64,000 nucleotides of DNA from Camelus ferus (taxonomy: Eukaryota): NCBI RefSeq assembly GCF_009834535.1, contig NC_045697.1, forward strand, positions 116,872,001-116,936,000, read 5' to 3'. The notes beneath the pieces are model-generated. The model did no database searches, was not told the origin of the DNA, and saw nothing but the letters and a program-made list of their open reading frames with translations. Below, in pieces: positions 54,300 to 64,000 of this stretch. A program made the position numbers and the translations under genes. Position 1 is the stretch's first letter. Each line of letters starts with the position of its first letter.

Positions 54300-57182
54300 T
54301 GTAGTCCATTGGTAGCAAGTCGCCCATAATGGGGAAAACCCTTGAATTTTCTGTTGTCTTCTCACATGCAGCTGATGAAGATTTTTCTCTGTCCAATTCC
54401 TGATGTTAGAATGCACTGCTGCATTTTATGGCGTCAGTCAAAAGTCCCGAGAGGTTGGTTAATTCGGGGACAGGGATCATTGAAATGTGCCATGTGTGTG
54501 TGAGCAGGAGGAGACATCGCGGGCTCTGAAATAAACACTGTAGGTGCAGAATGAATCTAGGAGCACATGACAAATTGACTATGAGGGCACACATATTTGA
54601 ATGGGAGGTGATAAAAGTGCCAGGAAGTCTGTGCTTCCCTTCCTCGGTCCCAGGGGCCAGATCTGTGTCCTTTGAGACAAAGAATGAGCTGCAAGGAAGC
54701 CACACGTCATCAGGGCCCCAGAACCCCCTGGGGCCCTCCCCTAACTGAAGGTCAAACGACATGGAGGGGAAGACAAGTAACGAAGCCCATTAGAGGAGAA
54801 TTGTGGGCCACGACACAGTTAGCAGCCAACAGGAAATCCAAGAAAAGGATGGGCTATCAATCCGACAGGCTAAATAATAATGCTGCAGTAACAAAACGTC
54901 CCAGACGGCAGTGGCTCGGAACCACAGAGGCAGACTGCTCATGCTGAATGTCCGTCCTAGCTTGGGGGACGGCTTTGCTTTTCATAAACACCTAGAGACC
55001 CAAGCTGACGGGCAGCCTGGATGGTTCCAGTTCTGTGCCTGAGCAAAGGGACGTTCTGGAGGGCTGGCACTTCCAGTCACCAGTCACTGGACAGGGGCCA
55101 CCTGGAAAGCGGAAGCTACCTGGTAAATCACACTGGGACCTACAGTGGATGGTGAAAGCTACAAATGGCGGCTCTGGTTACATCTGAGGCAACTATAACC
55201 TACGTCTGTTAAATGTCCATCCAATAACCCTCTTCTCCTGGGGACCAGCCCCCAACCCCGACTTCACATCACCTCTGCCTGAGCCTCTCGGCGGTAGCTG
55301 GGAGACTCAGTGATGCACATGTGACCTCACTGGGCAAAGCCCAGCCTCTCAAGTCAGCTGTTTGCTGTCACAATCGATTGGATCAGAACTGAACCCTTGA
55401 CCTCACTGGGTCACTCAGAAAGCTCACCTCAGAATTCTAGAGCTGAAAAGGAGGAAAACCAGGACTGTAGTGATAAAGGGCGATGTTCTGGAGATCTCAG
55501 TCAGGTTTCCTCTGGTGAGATGGACTAAGCTGATGCAGAGGAAGCGAGGAGAGATGGAAGGAGACCCCAGAAGTGCTGACGGGAGAAGGGGCGGCTGGTG
55601 CCTGGGGGTCGGTCCCCTGCTCCTGTCACATTAGCTGCCCTGGAGGTGAGTTCCATGTCTTGGTCTCTTGCAGTGGCTCGGTGCCCTTTGTTAATTCACC
55701 TTTTTGCTTCAACTTAATCTTGGCTGATTTTTTCTGATACTTGCAATAAACAGAAAATTGGTTGGCATCTAAGGCACGGAGGTCTTTTTCCAATGCCAAG
55801 CTCAGAAAACACACCTCGATTTCTTCCTGTGACCGGTGAAGATGTTCACGTCTCACCTGTTCCCCCCCAGCTTCTTTCCTTCACAAACCGACTTTTAAAA
55901 CACCGATCATCGTGCTCCCGTGGGTAACCTTCTCACGCCTCACCAGCCGGCGTCCACCTGTGACAGGTGCCCGCCTGTGACAGGTGCCCCGCTGCTGTGT
56001 GTGAATGGCCTCCCTGCCCACCATCAGTTCCAGCGTCCTCATTCCTGAGGTCGTTGTGCTTCCTCGCTCATCTCTTTGCTGACTGGCTTCTGCATCACAT
56101 GCTTTGTACCGACTTACTCAAGAGTCCCACATCCACTGAGACTTGCTCATGTGTGAGTAACGCTGTTTTGTTACTTCTATAAACAACAGGCTGGTGACAT
56201 GAAGGTTGGATTTCATACTTTTTTTCTGGAAACAAAATGCCCTTGGAAGTCTGTAGACATTGCAAGCCTATCAGTTGGCATTGAACATTACAGATAAGAC
56301 TTCAGAGGCCAGCCTGCACTTTTTTCTCCTTCTAACTTGTGGGTGATTTGTTTTTCCAGTTTTGGAACACACTGGATTCTTTTTTTATCTTTTAATTTTT
56401 AACACATTCTCGGGACATGTCTTAAAGTTGGTCATTCTACATCAAGTTTTCCCCAAACACAACAAAGAGTCAACATATTTACATTTTCCCTCATTTCAGG
56501 AATATTTTTACAATATATATTTGAATTTTTTTTAGTTCTATTTGTTCTGTTTTCAGGTAAAGAGATATTTATTATGCATGTATGGAATTGGACTCTGAAC
56601 AACTGTGTTTTCCTTATTTGCTCATTTTTCTATATTTTTTCTTCACCAAACGTACTGTTTTCTAAAGTGTTTTCTCTATATATCTGCCTTTATGTCCTCA
56701 GCATCTTTTCTACTTGCTGTTTCTGATTAGTCTTCATTCTGCTAGTACATTTATCTTCAAATTTCTTTTTAGAAAGTTCAGCTTTCACCTTTTGCTGCTT
56801 TATTAACACTTCATTTATTTTTAAAACCTGTTTTTTCAAAGGGTTTTAAAATTTTTCTTTGAGACTGTAGGAAATAGTTTCTGAAAGCCTTCAAATTAAA
56901 TTCAAATCCAATAAAGGTAAAATTTTGTCTCCTCGGTCCCACACAAGCAGCGTTTCAGAAGCGGGGCAGCCGCAGGTGCTTAATGGAAAGTGTATTCTCA
57001 TGTCAGCTCGCACAGATGGACGACGTTTCCATCACGTAGGAAGTCTGTCTGCTGGTGGTGCTGGAGGAAGACAGGCCGTCCTGTGTGTTTCTGGGGGTGG
57101 TCCTCAGAAGCACCTGCTGTTCCCTGACTTTCCCCTGTACCTTACCTGCCAGGCAACACATTGAGGTTAGCGTTTTGCTCTC

Positions 57183-57835
57183 TGTCTTTGACAGCTCGGG
57201 CTGCCATAACAAGACGCCATAGACTCAGTGGCTTTGACCACAGGAGTTTTCTTTTCACCATCTTGGAGCCTGGACATTCAAGACCCAGATGCCAGCATGG
57301 CCAGTGTCTGCAGCGGGCTCTCTTGTTGGTTACAGATGGCCACCTTCTTACTGTGTCATCACATGGCCTTCCCTGGGTGTGTGCAGGTGGAGAGAGGAAG
57401 CCAGCTCCTGGGTGTCTCTTCTTCCAAGGGCACTAATCCCACCGTGAGGGTGCCACCCTCATGACCTCATCTGAACCTCCCAAAGTCCCCATCTCCAAAT
57501 GCCATCACAGTGGCATTGGGGCTTCAACACATGGCCTTTGGGTGACACAGTTGAGTCTACGGCACAGGCCCTTTGACACTCATGTCCTTGCACGCCAAAT
57601 ACACGAATTCCATGCAAACAGTGCCCCAAGTCTTAAATTGTTTCTGCATCAATTCTGAAGTCTAAAGTCCAAAACTCCATCTAAGTGTCATCTAAGTCAC
57701 CTATGCAGGAGACAAGGTACGATTTGTCCTGAAGCAAAATTCCTCTCCAGCTGTGAACCTGGGAAACCAGACTGGTTATATGCGTCCAGAATACAGCAAT
57801 GGGACAGGAACAGGGTGAACATTTCCATTCAAACG
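57183..57835 (-). mobile_element. MLT1A-like LTR (~57183-57566) with attached MaLR internal sequence (~57567-57835)
   Basis: agctcgggctgccataacaa...catgacctcatct...ggggcttcaacacatg (LTR); ctgaagcaaaattcctctccagctgtgaacctg...aatacagcaatgggacagg (MaLR-int). Confidence 0.78.
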
Positions 57836-57910
57836 TTCAGAAGGATTGAGGGACATACACACATAGAACAATAGATCCAGGTAAAGAGATAAACTGTCTT
57901 CTTCCTTCAT

Positions 57911-58368
57911 TTTTTAAATTAAAAAACTTTTATTGACGTATAGTTGATTTACAATGTTTCAGGTGTACATCAAAGTGATTCAGTTGTACATGTGTATATT
58001 CTTTTTCAGATTCTTTATCATTTAGGTCACTACGAAATATTGAATAGAGTTCCCTGTGCTGTACAGTAGGTCTTCGTTGTTTTTCTGCTTTAGATATAAT
58101 AGTTTGTATCTGCTAATCCCAAACTGCTAATTTATCCTTCCCCCACCCTTTTCCCCTTTGGTAACCATGCTTGTTTTCTATGTCCATGAGTCTGTTTTTG
58201 TATTGTAAATAAATTCATTTGTGACACTTCTTAGATTCACTTACAAATAATATTGTATATTTGTCTTTCTCTGTCTGACTTACTTCACTTAGAATGATGA
58301 TCTCTAGGTCCATCCATGTTGCTGCAAATGGCATTGTTTCATTCTTTTTTATGGCTGAGTAGTATTCC

Positions 58369-58407
<39 letters not shown>

Positions 58408-58412
58408 GTGTG

Positions 58413-58449
<37 letters not shown>

Positions 58450-58545
58450 TTTTTTATCCAATCATTTGTCAATAGACATTAGGTTGTTTTCATGTCTTGG
58501 CTATTGAAAATAGTGCTAGGGTGCATGTGTCCTTTTGAATTTTTT
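57911..58545 (-). mobile_element. 5'-truncated L1 containing a (TG)n(TA)n(CA)n microsatellite
   Basis: ORF 58215..58472 (-) MEYYSAIKKNETMPFAATWMDLEIIILSEVSQTEKDKY is the L1 ORF2p C-terminus. Confidence 0.92.
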
Positions 58546-60559
58546 TCCTTAATGAACAGGCTGATTTCTTTTCACAGTTGCTTATAAACTGAGTGATTTA
58601 GTATTATCAGAATTGAAGCTTTGCACTCTGGTTGGGGTGCCCCAAACCATGAGATTAAAGCCATAACAGGTTTTTCTGGGCCAACTAGCTCTGAGCTGGT
58701 GGTGATGGTTACAGAATTTATTTGCTAATTTGATTTCTTCAAGGCTTTATTTACTCATTCATGTAACAAATATTTCTTGAGTGCCAGGTATGCGTGCGGC
58801 CCTGCCTTAGACCTCAGGGTCCAGCAGGAGAAAAGAAAGGAACACAGCCTCCTTCAGCAACCTCCCCTTTCAAATATTCACTTGTGAAACTGTGAAAGTT
58901 CTTATCTATCTACATGTGGTGTGACAGAGCTCAGGCACTGGCTAAATTTTTTTCATACATAAGAAAAACTGATTTTTATATAGTGTTCCCTTAGCCTTCC
59001 CTTTCTTTCCTTCAAATGTTCCTATTAAAAAGGGAAACATTGTTCTTCAGCTATATTTGTGAACAGAATCCAACTCTCTTGCATATCATCTCAAATATCC
59101 CTCACGATAGCTCCAGCCAATGCATTTTATTATCAGGAATTGAGTGTTTTGTGCACCTTACGTTCTGTTCTTCTTCGATCTTATCTTTGGTAGGAAAAAA
59201 CTCCTCGTATAAATCATGACAAGGACTCCGGAAGGAAAGAGCTTGGATTTTTGCCCATCTGGGCAGTGTACTGGCAGATCAAGGAAATGTTCTAAAAGCA
59301 ATATTTAAAGAGCATATTTGGCAAAATGTACTGCCCTGAAAGGAATGGATGACTTTTTTTTTTTTTTTTTTTGGAGAGAAAGAGTAAAGGGAACCATGCA
59401 GCTGAGTTCACAAAGCCAGACTCCCTACGCCCACCTCCTTCTGTTGCCGCACAATTCCCTTCCAGTGCCCTCAATGTCTCAGACCTCCGTCTCCATTATC
59501 AGCTGTCTTCTCTTTACATTTTGTTTTTAGTGCTTTGCAGAATTGCTACCTTCTATTTTATTTTCACAGCAATGCCGGACTCTTGGAATGCCCTTCTGCC
59601 ACAGACAGCCATTTCATCCTTGTAAAACCTGCAGTGTTTCCTCCCCTTTCCCACGAGTGCTGCCTTATCCCCTCTTTCTCTGAGAAGCAGAGATGCAGCT
59701 TTGCTATTCTGTCCTGCCCTCCCCTCCTTCCCTAAGGCTTTCTCCTCCCTTCCCTCTGTTGTTGCTCTCCAGAAATTCACAGCTTTGCTTCACCGCCTGG
59801 GACGCTGACAACTCAGTCAGCCTTGCCTTACTGCACACTTCCACTAACCTCTTGCTTGTCTCATCTTTCAGCTCTTTAGAAGTTCCTTGCATAGGTATTG
59901 GGCACCATTTATATTGACCGAAGGACCACGAGGTAAAAGAAGAGGCAAGTAACGGGTTGAATGACACCCTTGGAGATCTGGTCATTACTGAAGCTCCTCT
60001 GGTACAGATTTTTCATTTATATTTTGAAAATGATGGCACGTGCATTCTAGAGAGTTGCGACACGAAGCAATATGGTAGACCTCCCAAGTTAATAGCGACA
60101 GTTGCCCATATCAGGCTCACACGCTGGGGCTGGCACGATGCCATATGCTCCAAAGATATGATCCACCTTAGTTCTCTGGACTCCCTCTGACAAACGAGAA
60201 AACCAAAGGATGGAGGAGTGAATACTTCATCTAAGAACAAACAGCCAGGAAGTGACACCCCGAGACTCATCTCCAAATCTGCTTGACTTCACGACTTATG
60301 CTCACGGCAAGGAGCCCACACAGCCTTCCCACCCTCTTCCAGAGACTTCTCCACTCCATCACTGTGACTCACTTCCCGGAGGGGATTTGTATCTCTGCAC
60401 ACACCGAGATAAATTGCAGAAACCACGGCCAGGTGTTTAGCGGAAAAACTGACTAATAGACATCTAACTGAGAAAAAGCCAAGCCACTCAAGTTTGAAAT
60501 ATCCCTCGCATGTCTGGTTCTGCTCCGACGTGGGAAATGGTAATGGCCAGTGCTCCCCA

Positions 60560-61054
60560 TGTCGACTGAAATAAAACGCACCACCGAAAAGCTAAGAGTT
60601 ATGTTTTATTCGGCGTATTTTCTGAGGACTGGAGTCTGGGACACAGCATCCAGGTCTCTCTGAAGGACTACTCCAGAGTGACAAGGAAGGGTCCAGGATA
60701 CACAGGAGTTTTTGCAACAAAGACCAGATAGTCAGAGCATTAACAGATTACTGTTAATTAAAGAAAACCAGATATTTCAAGTTAAGGAATTTAGCGCTTT
60801 TCCACATGTGGGAAGATGCAAGAGTCTGGCCTCACTGAAATCATTCCTTTGATGTGCACCATAGCTGTCTAGGGCCAGTGTCCTGTGCTTTCCCATCCTG
60901 AGTCCCCTCAGGGGCCACCGTTGGGGGTGGCTGCTGAGGCCGGGCTGCCTGCTTGTCTCCATCCTGAGGTCCCTCCGCTCATATTGGTGGCTGATGACTT
61001 GATGGCTGCAGCATCCTTTGTTTACTGATATGTCTGCAATATTTTTCATTCACA
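60560..61054 (-). mobile_element. Complete ERV1-class solo LTR (495 bp)
   Basis: TG...CA termini, perfect 4-bp TSD CCCA at 60556-60559 and 61055-61058, minus-strand AATAAA (tttatt 60605-60610). Confidence 0.85.
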
Positions 61055-62603
61055 CCCAGTACCAGTGCTGACTATTTAAAAGCGTTATCATCTGGGGCCA
61101 TGTGTTTGGGCTTTGTGATTCATCCGAGACAAAGAGAATCTCAACCCAGAACTGTAATCTCCATCCATTGGTCACGACGCTGAGGTACACAGAACTCGGG
61201 CTCATGTAAAATAAATACCTCTTTCTGTCCCAAGCCTCGCTGAGCATTTGTCTTGATGCATTTGGATTCCTCAGGGAAGAAAACCACAATGTAAAGCCGT
61301 TCTTTACATTCGATGTTGTGAGTTTGAACAAAGGGCTCTGAGACGGCTCTGGTGTGAAAGCTGGTCAAGTTCCCAGAACAAAAGAGGGCAAAGCCCCCTT
61401 AAAATCACAGCATTCCACTTCGTTTTCCTTTGTGTTGTTATGTCGAAAATTGAATCTGCTAGTTTGCAAGTAGATAGAATAGCCAGTGGAGCTTTGTTCA
61501 ACTGATTAGTTAGTGTGTTTTAAAGCAAGAGATTGAAAAAACAATGAACAGATTTAAACTCATATGAAATCACCTCTGTGCTGGGAAAGAATTTTTTTAC
61601 TTTCACTTAGAGTCATATAAAAAAGTTTCAGTTCGTGATCAAAAAGCGATACTTTATAATTTTTTTTTTTTTTTACCTTTCTTGGATTGAAATTTTTTTT
61701 TTTTTTTGCATTCCTGTTGTCCGTTGGATGAGTGACAGCACTCTTCAAAATGGGATTAAGTGCCCAGTATATTCTCAACAATCCAATAACTGTCTGGTCA
61801 GTGTGTATGAAGGTTTGGATCTTTCATATTGAAGACTGTGGAAGATTGAGAGGCAAAAATGTGTAGCTTTCCCTCTACAGTCATGAACAGTTTCCTGAGA
61901 ACACTGTGCTCTCCGTGCAGACATCTGTCTCACTGCGAACATGGAGCGGCATCCGAGCTTCCAGCCAGCGGGGTATCTGAGAGTGCAGTGCGCAAAGTAA
62001 AATGAAATTCATGGCCTCAGCCCTGTGTTTTGGAGGGAGATGAGGTGCTCTTTAAGAACACCATGTTCTTTCTTATGAAGCTGACAGACTAGCAAATCCG
62101 TTCCACTGCCGTATGTGGAAATGGGAACTCATCCCCAAAGAACTGGTTAGTACAAGACACGTTTTACAAGAGTCTATTGTTGGGAAACAAAACTCCATAA
62201 ATTCCATTTATCATGCATTTGTACGGCGTGGATTTATTTTTACTGATGTATTTCCCTATGTCATTCCGAAAAGGACTTGAAACACCTAGCTTCACCTACT
62301 CCTAGTGGAAGCTAAGAATAGCAAAATACATAAGCTGTGCAAATACAAGGGATGAAGACGTAGAAGCTGAATTTTGGTCCCTAGAACACAAAGAGACTAA
62401 GACATAGGGGGGTTCTTCTGAAAGTTTGGTATTGGATATAGGAGTTCATGGAACAGAAAAAAAAATCAGTGAGTTACTCAGGATCAGGACAATCAAAGTG
62501 TGAGGGATGGACGAACATGTGAGAGAGATGGCTTCGGTGCCATCACTGCATGAAAATTTCACCAATGTTAGTATCAGTTTTGCAGATTAAAACCAAATTA
62601 TAA

Positions 62604-63075
62604 CATATAAGGAATACTATTCAGTCATAAAAAGAAGTCAATAATGCCATTTGCTGCAATATGGATGGATCTAGAGATGATCATATTAAGTGAAGTAAGT
62701 CAGACAGAGAAAGACAAATGTCATATGATGTCACTAATGTGTGGAATTTAAAAAACTTTAAAAAGATACAAATTTTATTTACAAACCAGAAGTAGACTCA
62801 CAGACATAGAACAAACTGTGGTTACTGAGAGGAAGTGGGGAGGGATAGATGAGGACTTTGGGATTAACAGAGACACACTACTGTATATAAAAGAGATAAA
62901 CAATAAGGACCTATAGGACCTATTGTGTAGCACAGGGAACTATATTCAATTTCTTGTAATGAGCCATAATGGAAAAGAAACTGAAAAAAAAGTATGTATA
63001 TGTATCACTGCTGTATACTTGAAACTAAGATTGTAAGTCAACTACACTTCAATAAAAAATAAGAATTAAAACACC
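62604..63075 (+). mobile_element. 5'-truncated L1 with TSD
   Basis: ggaatactattcagtcataaaaagaa...atggatggatctagag...ttcaataaaaaataag; TSD ccaaattataa at 62593-62603 and 63076-63086. Confidence 0.9.
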
Positions 63076-63099
63076 CCAAATTATAAGAAACATTTTCCT

Positions 63100-63372
63100 T
63101 ATATAAATATGAATTTAATGCATTATATAAGGTAGACGGCTACACATACATATAATGTATATATTATGCATGTATATACTACTATGTACATATGTAGGCA
63201 TATATTTAATACCTATGTGCATAAGATATATACATATTAAATACACATGCATAGATACTATATAAGGTATACATACATGCATTTATAATGTATATAGTAT
63301 GCATTTATGTATTTATATTGCATAATGCATTAGGCATTTAATAACCGTGTATAACTTATTACATAGTATATG
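63100..63372. repeat. AT-rich low-complexity (TA/CA/TG) region
   Basis: Degenerate alternating tatacatatg-type repeats. Confidence 0.75.
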
Positions 63373-64000
63373 TCCAGTCACAGACACCTGAAAATTGAAG
63401 TCTTGTAAGTTTGGGATCCACGGAAGTCCTGCAGCCAGTGTTAGCCAGGTCATCACTCCTGATAAAATTTTAGCATGTATTAATGAAGTCCTTCAATAAA
63501 TATTCCCTGAAGGCCTGCCACATCCCAGGACCAATTAGAAACTGTGAATTAAATAAACATGGTTCTTGGGATTTTTTGAAGCTTACATTTAGGGGAGAAT
63601 ATATACAATAATACTGAAAATTGCAGTGACAGTTGTGAGAGGTAATAGGGGAGCTGAGCTGTGTCTGAGGTCAGGCAGAAGTGGGGGCCTCTGGAGGAGG
63701 GGTGTTGAAGCTGAGATCTGAGGTCTGAAGATTGAGGAGCCATTACTCTGTGGATTAGAGGAAAGCACGTCTGGCAGAAGCAATGGCACGTGAAGGATCT
63801 TGGAAAAGGGTCAGCGTCTTCCAGAAAACGAGACCAAGTTGATTTTTCTAAAAGTCAGTGAAATGAGGGAGTGGCAGTGAAGGTGGGTAGTGCGGTCAGC
63901 AAGGCCCAGATCATGCACACCTGACCTGAAGGCCATGCTACCAGCAGTGCCGGGAGATCAGCCTGGTGGCCGTGTGGGAAACGAACAGGAGGAAGGGAGA

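Noticed and set aside
59540..60440. Acceptor-like ttttattttcacag at 59569 and a cluster of short ORFs
   Set aside because: No consistent frame, partner donor or protein similarity; a lncRNA exon cannot be supported from sequence alone.

Overview
Mammalian genomic DNA, most likely camelid: it has three tRNA-Ala-derived Vic-1-type SINEs and I recognised no Bov-tA/Bov-A2/BovB or PRE-1 elements. The window holds one complete protein-coding gene on the + strand, GASK1B (FAM198B), a Golgi type II membrane protein of the FAM20/Four-jointed-like secretory kinase group. Its four coding exons (4139-5039, 22297-22511, 46294-46520, 49370-49577) have GT-AG boundaries and matching phases, totalling 1551 nt = 516 aa + stop. 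A candidate CCAAT/TATA promoter and non-coding first exon(s) lie at ~2.4-3.2 kb, and a ~2.3 kb 3'UTR ends at a poly(A)-signal cluster near 51.9 kb. The rest is intronic or intergenic DNA with 5'-truncated L1s, MIR/L2, ERV1 and MaLR LTRs, DNA transposon relics and microsatellites. I found no convincing novel multi-gene system. The best leads are: a TSD-flanked, tail-less retrocopy of a tRNA-Cys(GCA) 5' half (34221-34281); upstream AUGs, including a 23-aa uORF whose stop overlaps the GASK1B start as AUGA and an 88-aa overlapping out-of-frame ORF; and Asn at the position of the FAM20-type catalytic Asp. Gene and repeat family names come from recognition and memory, not from database searches.
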